Shown here: piece after piece, positions 1 to 9,625 of the stretch
How the letters are laid out: each line of letters opens with the position of its first letter
How positions within the stretch are numbered: the first letter of the stretch is position 1
Translations under genes and position numbers: made by a program
Source: Candidatus Marinacidobacterales bacterium
Lineage (GTDB): Bacteria; Acidobacteriota; Vicinamibacteria; Marinacidobacterales; SMYC01
Direction: 5' to 3'
Assembly: GCA_965224085.1 (NCBI GenBank)
Contig: CBDCYI010000005.1
Span: 928,001-992,000 of the forward strand
DNA length: 64,000 bases
Notes under the pieces: generated by a model
What the model saw: the letters and a program-made list of their open reading frames with translations, nothing else
Databases searched by the model: none
What the model was told of the DNA's origin: nothing

Positions 1-198
1 GCAATCAATCAAGCATCAGGGAGGACGATCTCGATGCCGACGATATAGCGCTTGAAAAGTGCTCCTCGCCGATGCGGGGCGGAGTCGCCGCCTGGGACGC
101 CCGAAGCACGGCAATGTCCCGAGCAGCAGCATCGCGAACCTGTTCGCTTCGTTACGCCGCAGCCTACGACGTAAATCTCGTCGACGATGAGATACCGA

Positions 199-640
199 AT
201 GGCAGACGAATTCAACTTCGATTCGATATCAGACGACGAGCTACTGCGAAGGCTGTCGCAGATCTTGAAAGAGTCTCGGCGCGTCGAGGTCGAGCTGGTT
301 GCACATCTCGGCGAAGTCGACGAGCGTCGGTTGTCCGCACGGACCGAAGCCTCGCCGATGTTCAGATATTGCGCTGAGCTGCACTTGTCCGAGGCCGAAG
401 TCTACTTGCGTCTCGCCGTCGCGCGCGGCGCGTAAGCATCCGGCTATTCTGCCGATGCTTCAAGACGGTCGTCTTCACTTGAGCGGTATCGCGAAGCTCG
501 CGCCTGTTCTCACCGAGGCGAATAGCGCCGCGTTACTCGCTCGCACGACGCACGAGACCATGCGGAAGATCGAGGAGTTAGTTGCCGAAGTGGCACCAAG
601 CGGACGTACCTCCTACGATGCGCAAAACTCCAATAAGTGC
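199..640 (+). pseudogene. N-terminal remnant of a DUF222-like/HNH endonuclease family gene, frameshifted
   Basis: 'SDDELLRRL...ELVAHLGEVDERRL...HLSEAEVYLRLAVAR' continues in another frame as 'RKHPAILPMLQDGRLHLSGIAKLAPVLTEAN'; no C-terminal HNH follows. Confidence 0.6.
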
Positions 641-694
641 GTATTCCAGCGCGGAGGTGATTTCGACCGATCACCCCCGCACTCGAGTTTCTGA

Positions 695-1149
695 CTACGA
701 GCAGCAGGTCGGCTCGCAGCAAGGCTCCTCGGACGCGGCAGCTTGCACCGCCGGATCGCTCTTTGCGGTCACGTCATCTTCCTTGACGACAAAGACTTCC
801 CAGCGATAGCCGTTCGGGTCGGTGACCCAGACTTTGTCTTGAAGCGCGTAGCAGCACACGGCGTCGTTCTCCTCGAGGGTCTCGAAACCGGCTTCGGCCA
901 GGCGCTTCGTTGCACGGACGACCTCCTCGGTAGAGCTCACTTGAATACCGAGATGGTTGAGCGAGCTGGGGTCCTTCGGAACCTCTGAGCTCTTGTTGAG
1001 CGTGAAGTTCAGCCCGGGCGACTCGAGCTCGAATTTCGCATATCCGGGTTTGAGCTTTAGGGGCTCTTTTCCGAAGAAGCCGCGAACGCGATGGACTCAT
1101 CGAACTTGTTGGTGTTCAAAGCGACGTGGATTTTTTGGCTTGTCGTCAT
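695..1149 (-). pseudogene. ArsI/CadI-family VOC (glyoxalase-fold) metalloenzyme, frameshifted near 1083
   Basis: ATG at 1149 gives MTTSQKIHVALN...; after a frame change it reads FFGKEPLKLKPGYAKF...LNHLGIQV...CCYALQDKVWVTDPNGYRWEVF, with a Cys-rich tail. Confidence 0.8.
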
Positions 1150-1164
1150 ACTTTTGCTCCTATG

Positions 1165-1183
1165 TTTCTAGATAAATCGAATT
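1165..1183. promoter_or_regulatory. Putative ArsR operator upstream of the arsI/cadI-like gene
   Basis: TTTCTAGATAAATCGAATT, 17/19 identical to the reverse complement of 1545-1563. Confidence 0.55.
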
Positions 1184-1220
1184 GTTGAGTTGGCTTTCGG
1201 CTCGACGGTGGGTCATGGGC

Positions 1221-1544
1221 TTACACTTTGGTGGGTACGGAGATGTTGACGACGGGCTGCCGGGTGCAGCACTCGGCGTAGAGGAAGTTCAAAAGTTTTT
1301 GGAGAGACTCGGTCCCGGCGCGGTAGCGAAGAAACCGCCCCTCGCGCTCCTGTTCGACGAGCCTTTCGTGCCGTAGCGCGTCGAGATGATGGGAGAGAGT
1401 CGACGCTGGGATAGCGAGCTCTTCCTGGAGCTCGCCGACAACGAGACCCGTGGGGTGCGCGGCGAGCAGCAGGCGGATGATGGCCACGCGTGATTCGTGG
1501 CCGAGGGCCCCGAACATGCGTGCGACGTCCGCCGTGTTATTCAT
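1221..1544 (-). CDS. arsR: ArsR/SmtB family transcriptional repressor
   Basis: ALGHESRVAIIRLL...IPASTLSHHLDALR...EREGRFLRY...ECC. Confidence 0.9.
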   Translation of the reverse strand: MNNTADVARMFGALGHESRVAIIRLLLAAHPTGLVVGELQEELAIPASTLSHHLDALRHERLVEQEREGRFLRYRAGTESLQKLLNFLYAECCTRQPVVNISVPTKV

Positions 1545-1579
1545 AATTCGATTATTCTAGAAATGACGGTTAATGTCAA
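1545..1579 (-). promoter_or_regulatory. sigma70-like promoter overlapping an ArsR operator; probably leaderless
   Basis: TTGACA (1579-1574), 17 bp spacer, AATAAT (1556-1551); ATG follows within 7 nt; operator-like sequence at 1545-1563. Confidence 0.5.
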
Positions 1580-1765
1580 GAGGTTTTTGATGAAAGAACG
1601 TAACCTGTTCCTCCCGAGGGACTTCTTCGTCGAGCTGTGCGACGGCAAGCATCGAGCAAAGCTCGCATTCCACGAGTTTGCCTGGCATCGAGCCATGCGT
1701 TCTTCGGACGAATACTGATCGGGTCGTGGGCGGCGAGGCTACAATGGCCTTCGCAGGAGGACTCC

Positions 1766-3400
1766 ATGTTGCGTCTCGCCGTCACCCTAGGCTTTGTCGT
1801 CGCCTTTTTCGCATGCCAGAGCGCGCCCGAACCCGAGCCGGACGCGCCCGCGAGCCCGATGCGGGAGCTTCTCGGTAAATACACGACGGTCCGTCTCACG
1901 ACGGATCTCGACGCGCTCACCGAGTCGGAGCGCGCGATGCTGCCGCATCTCATCCGCGCGGCCCAGGCGATGGAGGGTCCTTACTGGAAGCAAGCCTATG
2001 GCGACCGCGATGCGTTCATGGCGTCGCTCGACGAAGACGCCAGGCGTTTCGCAGTGATCAACTACGGTCCGTGGGACCGTCTCGACGACAACGCGCCTTT
2101 CATACCCGGCACGGACGAGAAATCCGCAGGCTCGAATTTCTACCCCGCCGACATGACCAAAGAAGAGCTCGAGGCCGCGGACAACCCTGAGCTTCGAAGC
2201 CTCACGACGATGGTGCGGCGCGACGACGACGGCGCGCTCACGGCGATCCCGTACTCGGTGTTCTTCGAAGACGCGTACGACGCCGCGGCCCAGGAGCTGC
2301 GAGCCGCGGCTGCGCTTGCCGAAGACCCTGGCCTCAAACGCTATCTCGAGCTTCGCGCCGAGGCGCTTTTGACCGACGACTATCGCGCGAGCGACATGGC
2401 GTGGATGGACATGAAGAACAACACGCTCGACATTGTCATCGGCCCCATCGAAACCTATGAAGATCAACTCTTCGGCTCGAAAGCGGCGAACGAGTCCTTC
2501 GTGCTCGTCAAGGACCAGGAATGGAGCGCCCGGCTCGCGCGCTACACGTCGCTTCTACCAGAGCTCCAAGAGGCCCTCCCGGTTGCGGACACGTACAAGC
2601 AGGAAACGCCCGGGCGCGACTCGGACTTGAACGCCTATGACGTGATCTACTACGCCGGCGACGCCAATGCGGGCTCGAAAGCGATCGCCGTCAACCTGCC
2701 GAACGACGAGGAAGTGCAGCTCCAGAAAGGCACGCGGCGGCTTCAGCTCAAGAATGCCATGCGGGCGAAGTTCGACAAGATCCTCGTACCCATCAGCGAG
2801 CTCGTTATCGCCGACGATCAGCGTGAGCTCGTCAACTTCGACGCGTTTTTCGCCAACGTCATGTTCCACGAAGTCGCCCATGGACTCGGCATCAAGAACA
2901 CCGTCAACGGCCGCGGTCGCGTCCGGAACGCGCTTCAAGAGCGCGCCTCGGCTCTCGAAGAAGCGAAAGCCGACGTGCTCGGTCTATTCATGATCACCGA
3001 GCTCATCAAAAAGGGGGAGCTCGAGGACGAAAGCCTCAACGATAACTACGTCACGTTTCTCGCGTCGATCTTCCGCTCGGTGCGCTTCGGCGGGGCGAGC
3101 GCGCACGGGCGCGCGAATTTAATGCAGCTCAGCTTTCTCGCCGAGGCCGGAGCGTTCTCCTACGACGTGAGCACCGAGACCTATCGGGTGGACCTCGAGA
3201 AGATGCAGCAGGCGGTTAACGACCTCGCCAGTGTGATTTTGAAGATCCAGGGCGACGGGGACTATGAAGGTCTCGGCGCTTTCATGGAAAAACACCAGGT
3301 CACGACCGACCGGCTCCGTGAGAGCCTCGACCGGCTTGCGGCCGAAGGGATCCCCGTCGACATCGTCTTCGAGCAAGGGCCTGCTGTCCTCGGACTTTAG
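1766..3400 (+). CDS. Peptidase M49 (dipeptidyl peptidase III-like) zinc hydrolase, probable lipoprotein
   Basis: GGAGG RBS; lipobox-like FFAC; IGPIETYED, FHEVAHGLG, LEEAKAD motifs. Confidence 0.85.
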   Translation: MLRLAVTLGFVVAFFACQSAPEPEPDAPASPMRELLGKYTTVRLTTDLDALTESERAMLPHLIRAAQAMEGPYWKQAYGDRDAFMASLDEDARRFAVINYGPWDRLDDNAPFIPGTDEKSAGSNFYPADMTKEELEAADNPELRSLTTMVRRDDDGALTAIPYSVFFEDAYDAAAQELRAAAALAEDPGLKRYLELRAEALLTDDYRASDMAWMDMKNNTLDIVIGPIETYEDQLFGSKAANESFVLVKDQEWSARLARYTSLLPELQEALPVADTYKQETPGRDSDLNAYDVIYYAGDANAGSKAIAVNLPNDEEVQLQKGTRRLQLKNAMRAKFDKILVPISELVIADDQRELVNFDAFFANVMFHEVAHGLGIKNTVNGRGRVRNALQERASALEEAKADVLGLFMITELIKKGELEDESLNDNYVTFLASIFRSVRFGGASAHGRANLMQLSFLAEAGAFSYDVSTETYRVDLEKMQQAVNDLASVILKIQGDGDYEGLGAFMEKHQVTTDRLRESLDRLAAEGIPVDIVFEQGPAVLGL

Positions 3401-3410
3401 TGTGCTTCGA

Positions 3411-3775
3411 TCAACCTAAATCACTCGCCGTCAGCGATCGGACGGAGTCGAGCCCAGCGAAGGGGAGGGCGGTAGCGAAGCTCAGACCCGCGAGAGCGGG
3501 GATCGCCCAGCCCAATAGATCGAGCCGCTCAGAAGCGTCGATGAAGCCTGCAGCGATGAGCGGTGCTACGAGCGACGCATAGCCGAAAACGACCGTAAAG
3601 GCCGGGTTCGCCCGTGAGAGGTCCAGGACCGGCGTGCACTCGCCGAGTAGCGCGAGGCTCACGGGAAAGATACCGCCTGCAGCGCGCAGCCGACGAGGAT
3701 GAAGCTCGTAAGAGCGAGCGTCGTCCGCTCCGGCAGCCACGCTGCTGAGATGTAGCCGGCCGCGACCGCCGCTAG
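3411..3775 (-). pseudogene. 3' part of an MFS transporter gene split by IS1634, with an additional frameshift
   Basis: Joins in frame to the 5' half (GFL|AAVAAGYISAAW...), then shifts frame to AAGGIFPVSLALLGE... Confidence 0.75.
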
Positions 3776-5777
3776 CCCATGTTTCCCTTTTAGGTCTCTA
3801 AGTCATCATAAACAAAGGACTGAGATCCGCGGTTTGTCTCTACGCTGACAGCACCTCCTCGGAGAAGGCTGGCGGGTCGCGTTCAACGATTCCGAGTGCA
3901 GTCAGGATCGAGTTGGCGCGAGCGGTACCGCGCGTGACGACGCGCTTGGTCCGCCCAGAACCCAGCTGTAAGTCGACGAGCCGGACCGAGCGTAGCGCTT
4001 GTAGTGCCTCGGTTGCGGACAGGTCGAGTTCGGCGACCTTGAGCTTTTTCTCAAGAGCCCGATGCACAAGGAAGGCCAGCGTAGCTACGAAAAGATGTGC
4101 CTCCACACGCTCATCGGTCTGGTGGTAAACGGGACGCATCTCAATGACATCCTTAAGGCATGAGAAGGCTCGCTCGACCTCGTTTAGGTCCTTGTAAAGG
4201 CGCACGGCGTCGACCGGAGAGAGGTTTTGCTCCTCGGTTTGAATAACGTACTTACCCTCGTAGGCTTGCTCGCGCTTGAGGTTGACCGGGTGCTCGAAGA
4301 AGCGGAAGCGAGCGTTTTTGTACTCCCAGTCGTAGTAACGGTGACCGTGGTGGCGTGCCTGTATGCGCGCGGCGGCGGCACCGATTTTCTCGGGGGCTTT
4401 CAATCGTCCCTCGCGCACGCGGCGCTCGAGGGCCTCGAATGCCGCACGGGCACGTCCCATGGCCCGCAGCCTCTGCCCGCGCTCGTAGGCGAGCCTTTCG
4501 TCGCTGTGAACGACGAAGATGCGCACGCCAGACTGCTCGGAGCGGACTTCTTGCACACGAGTCTTAGGTGGCTCGGCTTTTTCGCTCACCGTGATGCCAC
4601 CAGGGCAGTCGATCCACTCTCCGCTGGCGCGCTCGATGTAACGATAGACCTCCTCGCGCCGTCGTCTTTGCAGCCCGACGAGATAGCCCTGCTTGCGCGA
4701 GCGCACCACCGCCAGGCTGTCGCTCGTTACCATCCCTCGGTCGCCGACAAAAACCACGCGGTGCAAACCGAATCGTTCGTTGAGATCGTTGAGCACCTGC
4801 GGCACCGTTTTCGCGTCACGCCAGTTGCCGGCGAAAACATGGTGGGCGATCGGCCAACCGTCCACCATCACCAGACCGACAAGCACTTGCCGGTTACGCG
4901 GTCTGCGGTCGCGACTGTAGCCGTGGGCGCCGAGCCCCGGAGGGCCTTGACCTTCGAAGTACGTCGACGTCAGGTCGTAAAACACCATGTCAACCTCAAG
5001 CGAAAACAGATCCCGCAAGCGCAAAAACAGCTCTTTCTCGATCTGTTCTTTGCGGGCATGCAGCTGGTCGAGCGTTCGGTACCATTGCTTGAGTTGGCAA
5101 AACTCCACGCGAACCCGCGGGGAGCGACTCGCTCGCCGCTCCCCATCATCGCGCCACTGCGGCACCCACCGCCGCCCCTGCCGGTCGCAGACGAAGTCGG
5201 TCTCGAGCCAGCGCGCCAGACCGTGCTCGCTTGACGGAGCACATAGCCGGTTGGCGACCAGCACCAAAGCTCGCTCGCTTAGCGCCACTCCGTCGCGCTT
5301 GCCGCGGCCTCCGAGCCGGTCGAGAATCTGCTCCAGTCCGAGCTCGCGCCACAGCGTCGCCGTCACCACCATCGGACCCCAATCCCACGCGTCTGCCCCC
5401 GCGATCTGCTCGGCTGCTCGCTCGGTGTCGGCCGGTTCACCGGCCCCAAGCAACCGATTGAGGGAGTCGAGATTGGCAACTAGGAGATCCTTGCGCCCCA
5501 AGTTGCACACTACGCGTTGCCTCGGCTTGCCGTGCTCCCGATACGACTCGACCAGGCGGACATACTCATGTTGAACCCCTTTGCCGCCTGCGGCCCGAAC
5601 GATGCGGAAGAACATAACCTGTCCTCACGCATACTACATATCATTGTCCACGATTACAACGTATTAATGGCGCTCAAAGCACAATATCTGTCTCTACGTT
5701 TTGGGCAAATTCAACCCCCGTTCCTTTGAATTCAGTCACTTACGAGCGTTAGGGTGCCCATAAAGGGTAAACATGGG
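3776..5777 (-). mobile_element. IS1634-family insertion sequence
   Basis: Terminal inverted repeats CCCATGTTT(A)CCCTTT at 3776 and 5777; TAG present on both flanks; interrupts the MFS gene. Confidence 0.85.
3840..5615 (-). CDS. IS1634 family DDE transposase
   Basis: YVRLVESYR..GKPRQR, FYDLTSTYFEG, GYSRD, VGDRGM, VERAF..LK, RPVYH motifs. Confidence 0.9.
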   Translation of the reverse strand: MFFRIVRAAGGKGVQHEYVRLVESYREHGKPRQRVVCNLGRKDLLVANLDSLNRLLGAGEPADTERAAEQIAGADAWDWGPMVVTATLWRELGLEQILDRLGGRGKRDGVALSERALVLVANRLCAPSSEHGLARWLETDFVCDRQGRRWVPQWRDDGERRASRSPRVRVEFCQLKQWYRTLDQLHARKEQIEKELFLRLRDLFSLEVDMVFYDLTSTYFEGQGPPGLGAHGYSRDRRPRNRQVLVGLVMVDGWPIAHHVFAGNWRDAKTVPQVLNDLNERFGLHRVVFVGDRGMVTSDSLAVVRSRKQGYLVGLQRRRREEVYRYIERASGEWIDCPGGITVSEKAEPPKTRVQEVRSEQSGVRIFVVHSDERLAYERGQRLRAMGRARAAFEALERRVREGRLKAPEKIGAAAARIQARHHGHRYYDWEYKNARFRFFEHPVNLKREQAYEGKYVIQTEEQNLSPVDAVRLYKDLNEVERAFSCLKDVIEMRPVYHQTDERVEAHLFVATLAFLVHRALEKKLKVAELDLSATEALQALRSVRLVDLQLGSGRTKRVVTRGTARANSILTALGIVERDPPAFSEEVLSA

Positions 5778-6639
5778 ATAGGAATCCCAATAGGGAGAAC
5801 GCGTAGAGTATTCGCAGGTTCCCAAAGCGGTCCGCGAGCCATCCAGCGGCGGGCTGTACGAGGACGCTCCCGAGCGCCATGAAGCCTACGAATCGCAGAG
5901 TCTCGGCGCGTGTCAAGCCGAGGCGCTGGCCTTCGACGGGGTAGGTCCCCGACATCGCCACGTCGAGTACGGCGTAGACGACGGCACCGTAGAAAGCGAT
6001 CGCAAGTCCTCGCCAAGCGACGGCCGCCGGAGTCGTGGTTTCATGATGCGCACGCGTTTCCACGTCCATATTCCGCAAGCCCCAATGTGCGAGCGGCGCG
6101 ATGGCGGCGGCGGCAGCCGTGAAGATCCAAAACACGGGAAGACCGAAGGCGTCGTATAAAGGATTGCTCACGAAGACGCCGCCCATGAAGCCGAGCCCGA
6201 AGCCGGCGGTGTAGGCGGCCATCACTCGGGCTCTACGGCTGCTCGGCGTACCCTTCAAGAGCGCGTACTCGGCCGCGACGAATGTGAGCGCGTCCGCAGC
6301 GCCGAGCCACAGTCTCACCCCGAAGAGCATGCGCTCGTCCCACAGAAGGGCCAAGTGCAGCGCGCCTAAGCCGATGCCGGAGAGCAAGATCCCGATCACG
6401 TTGATGGGCCTCGGGCCGTGGCGTTCCACGAGCCGTCCCGCTAGGGGGCTGCACAAAGCGAGACCGAGCGCGAGCATGGCTACGACGCCCCCGGTAAAGT
6501 ACTCGCTGAACCCACGATCCTCGAGAAGCGCCGAGACGAGCGGCGAGGAACCGCCGATGCTGACGCCGACAAAAAACAGCGACAGAATGAGGGCCGCCGT
6601 CTCGAGCGCCGTGAGATGACTAGGTGCGCTTGCGGACAA
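5778..6639 (-). pseudogene. 5' part of an MFS transporter, truncated by IS1634
   Basis: Multiple TM helices; motif-A-like GRLVERHGPR and GWLADRFG. Confidence 0.8.
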
Positions 6640-7414
6640 GATAATCGACCTGATGCGCGATATAGAGGAGGCTGGCTTTTTCGAGCTGAAGGCGCCGCGC
6701 CGACGCCCAATCCCTCGCGACCTCGCTACCGACGGCGCTTTCGATCATCTCCAGGATGTGGTCTAGGAAAAAGGCCTCCTCCGCGGGATAACGGCCCTCG
6801 GTTGGGTGAACGATCCAATCGGAGCTTCCGATTTCCAAAACTTCGACCGGGTGGCTCGCGAGCGCGTGGAAAAGCCGTCTTCCGGTCTTGCTGCCGCTAC
6901 CGCCACTACCGATCGTCTCGTGATACTGCTCGAGAACCTCACCGTCCGACGGGTGCTCCGGCTCGAAGATGGTCTCGCCGTCGAACGTAATGGGGAAGTA
7001 AAGCAGACCACCCGGGCGGGCGAGCCCGATGAGCGCCTGAAGGCTTGTGCCGAGATCGACAATGTCGAGAAAGGCATGAGCGAGGACGAGGTCGAACCGG
7101 CCCTGCTCGGAGGGATCCGAAGCGAAGTTTTCGAGTGTTTCCGCGATGAAACGGCCGTGGACGCGATCCCGCAAGCCGTGCTCGGCGATTTCGAGAAACG
7201 CGGGGCTCTCGTCGACGGCCGTGTAGTCGCGCGGCGCGGGGAGGCCGAATTCTAGATAGCGCTCGAGACCGATCCCGATCCCGGCCCCTACATCCACGAA
7301 GCTGGGTGCTCCTCGGGCTTCGAGCTCTGTTCTGAGCCTTGCTAAGACCCGGCCATTGAGCGCCCGGTCGTCGACCGTTCGCTTGGCTTCGAGGTAGCGC
7401 TGGGATATCGACAC
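6620..7414 (-). CDS. Class I SAM-dependent methyltransferase
   Basis: YLEAKRTVDDRALN, VDVGAGIG, DLVLAHAFLD. Confidence 0.85.
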   Translation of the reverse strand: MSISQRYLEAKRTVDDRALNGRVLARLRTELEARGAPSFVDVGAGIGIGLERYLEFGLPAPRDYTAVDESPAFLEIAEHGLRDRVHGRFIAETLENFASDPSEQGRFDLVLAHAFLDIVDLGTSLQALIGLARPGGLLYFPITFDGETIFEPEHPSDGEVLEQYHETIGSGGSGSKTGRRLFHALASHPVEVLEIGSSDWIVHPTEGRYPAEEAFFLDHILEMIESAVGSEVARDWASARRLQLEKASLLYIAHQVDYLVRKRT

Positions 7415-7481
7415 GCGCGGTATCTTAGCCTCTCATACGGTAGGATAGACAGGCTACGATGCTGGAGAAAAGGAGCCCGTA

Positions 7482-8195
7482 CTGAGCGCGATCCTAGCGG
7501 ACCTCTACGCGCGACTCTCGAACGCCAAGGAGACGTCGTCCGGAAGGGCCCGCCCCTATGTCACGTTGGCCTATGCCCAGAGCCTCGATGGCAGCATTGC
7601 CGGTGACACAGGTCGTCCACTGGGCTTGAGCGGTCCGAGCTCTCTGCAGCTCACCCATGAGCTCCGGGCCGCCCACGACGCGATTTTGGTCGGGGTCGGC
7701 ACGGTGCTCGCCGACGATCCGCAGCTCAACGTTCGCCTCGTTAGCGGACGCGACCCTCAGCCCATCGTCGTCGATTCGCGCTTGCGTCTCCCCGAGACGT
7801 GCCATTTGCTCTCGAATGGCCGCGGTGCCTGGGTTGCGACGACAGATGACGCGAGCGACGAGGCCGTTTCGCGCATCCGTGCCAAGGGCGCCGACGTGCT
7901 CCGCTTGCCGGCGCTCAAAAACGGCTGGGTCGACCTCGAGAGCGTGATGGCCGTGCTCGTCGAGCGCGGCACGTCGCACCTACTCGTGGAAGGCGGGGCC
8001 CGCGTCCTCACGAGCTTCTTGAAGGCCCGTCTCGCAGACTACGTTGTCCTCACGATGGCGCCTCGCTTCGTCGCGGGCGTGCCAGCGCTCGTCCAGCACG
8101 AGCTCTCGCCGTTTCCCGAGCTGTCATCGTGGCAAAGCGAGCGTCTCGGGGAAGATCTCGTCCTGGCCGGTGAGTTGAGCTGGTCCGACGCATGA
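7482..8195 (+). CDS. RibD C-terminal (pyrimidine reductase/DHFR-fold) protein; start uncertain
   Basis: RPYVTLAYAQSLDG, DAILVGVGTVLADDPQL, LLVEGG; AAGGAG precedes a CTG at 7482. Confidence 0.85.
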   Translation: MSAILADLYARLSNAKETSSGRARPYVTLAYAQSLDGSIAGDTGRPLGLSGPSSLQLTHELRAAHDAILVGVGTVLADDPQLNVRLVSGRDPQPIVVDSRLRLPETCHLLSNGRGAWVATTDDASDEAVSRIRAKGADVLRLPALKNGWVDLESVMAVLVERGTSHLLVEGGARVLTSFLKARLADYVVLTMAPRFVAGVPALVQHELSPFPELSSWQSERLGEDLVLAGELSWSDA

Positions 8196-9211
8196 AGCGT
8201 CGTACGCTAACCTTCACGGCGCCGCGCCGCATCGAGATTCTGGAAGATGACGTCCCCACTCCCTCCGAGAAGATGCTCCTCGTCCGCACGGCTTCCTCGG
8301 CGATCAGCGCCGGCACCGAGCTCCTTGTTTATCGCGGCGACATTCCAGAAGGTCTCGTCCTCGACGAGGGCTTGCCGGCATTTCGAGCACCGTTTCTCTA
8401 CCCCGCGAGCTATGGTTATGCCGCGGTCGGCGAAGTGGTGGGGATCGGTGCCGGCGCGGACCGCTCGTGGATGGGAAAGACCGTCTTCAGCTTTCAGCCC
8501 CACACGAGCCACTTTCTCGCGGCCGAGGACGCGCTCTACCCGATTCCGGAAGGCGTTACCGCAGAGGCGGCGACTCACTGGCCGATGCTCGAGACCGCTG
8601 TCAACCTCGTCCTCGACGCGCAACCGCTCGTAGGCGAGCGCGTGCTCGTGGTCGGCCAAGGCGTGGTGGGGCTAGCGGCCACGAAGCTCTTGGCCCGTTT
8701 TCCTCTCGCGCTCCTGTGGTCGGTCGACCCCTTCGCGTCTCGGCGGCGAGCTTCGCTTCGCGCGGGCGCAAGCCGCTCTCTGGGTCCAGACGAGATGGAA
8801 GCCGAGAGTGACTTCGATTTGAGCTTCGAGCTTTCAGGAACGGCGGCCGGGCTGAACGTCGCCATCGCCGCCACGGGCTTCGAGGGGCGTGTCGTCATCG
8901 GTTCGTGGTATGGCGCGAAGCGCACCGAAGTGGATTTGGGAACGCACTTCCACCGGGGGCGTCTTCGTCTCGTGAGCAGCCAGGTGAGCCATCTCGGCTC
9001 GCCGCTTCTTTCGCGATGGTCTAAGAAACGCCGGATGGACGTGGCGGGCAAAGCTCTTTCCCTAGCGAATTCCGATGACGATAACGACGACAATGAAAAT
9101 TTCAGTGCGCTCATCACGCACCGTTTCCCGCTCGAGCGCGCCTTTGAAGCCTACGCGCTTTTAGACGAGCACCCTGAAGATTGCCTCCAGGTTTTGCTGG
9201 CCTATACTTGA
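8192..9211 (+). CDS. Zinc-binding alcohol dehydrogenase (MDR) family protein
   Basis: SAISAGTE, GYAAVGEV, VVGQGVVG Rossmann motif, GSWYG. Confidence 0.85.
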   Translation: MKRRTLTFTAPRRIEILEDDVPTPSEKMLLVRTASSAISAGTELLVYRGDIPEGLVLDEGLPAFRAPFLYPASYGYAAVGEVVGIGAGADRSWMGKTVFSFQPHTSHFLAAEDALYPIPEGVTAEAATHWPMLETAVNLVLDAQPLVGERVLVVGQGVVGLAATKLLARFPLALLWSVDPFASRRRASLRAGASRSLGPDEMEAESDFDLSFELSGTAAGLNVAIAATGFEGRVVIGSWYGAKRTEVDLGTHFHRGRLRLVSSQVSHLGSPLLSRWSKKRRMDVAGKALSLANSDDDNDDNENFSALITHRFPLERAFEAYALLDEHPEDCLQVLLAYT

Positions 9212-9218
9212 GGCCGAC

Positions 9219-9623
9219 ATGGCGAAATACGCGCTCGGCGTGAACACTGATTTCGCCGCGAAGCACTACCTTGTTGGAGGCGATTTCGGCCCCGAGGGCG
9301 AGCCCCACTCGCACGACTACCGTGTCGAGGTAGTCCTCGAGGGCGACCGCCTGGACGAGCACGGCTTTCTCGTCGACATCGTTCGCGTCAAAGCAGAGCT
9401 CGGTGAGCTCGTGGACCGCTATCGCGATAATATGTTGAACGATCTCCCCGAATTCGCGGGAGCGTCTACCGGCTGCGAAGCATTCTCCCGGGTTGTCGCG
9501 GAGGCGCTTTCTGAGCGGCTCGGCTTGGCCGGGATATCCCGGCTGCGCGTGAGGATCTGGGAGAACGCCGAAGCTTGGGCCGAAACGAGGCTCGATTTAG
9601 CATCGAATAACGATGCGGAGTAA
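9219..9623 (+). CDS. 6-pyruvoyl-tetrahydropterin synthase/QueD-fold (COG0720) protein, atypical subtype
   Basis: FAAKHYL, PHSHDYRVEV, GFLVD, LNDLPEF, WE; lacks the CxxxHGH cysteine. Confidence 0.85.
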   Translation: MAKYALGVNTDFAAKHYLVGGDFGPEGEPHSHDYRVEVVLEGDRLDEHGFLVDIVRVKAELGELVDRYRDNMLNDLPEFAGASTGCEAFSRVVAEALSERLGLAGISRLRVRIWENAEAWAETRLDLASNNDAE

Positions 9624-9625
9624 CG

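Noticed and set aside
1766-3400. HEXXH instead of HEXXGH in the DPP III-like peptidase
   Set aside because: Pentapeptide-motif M49 members are already known
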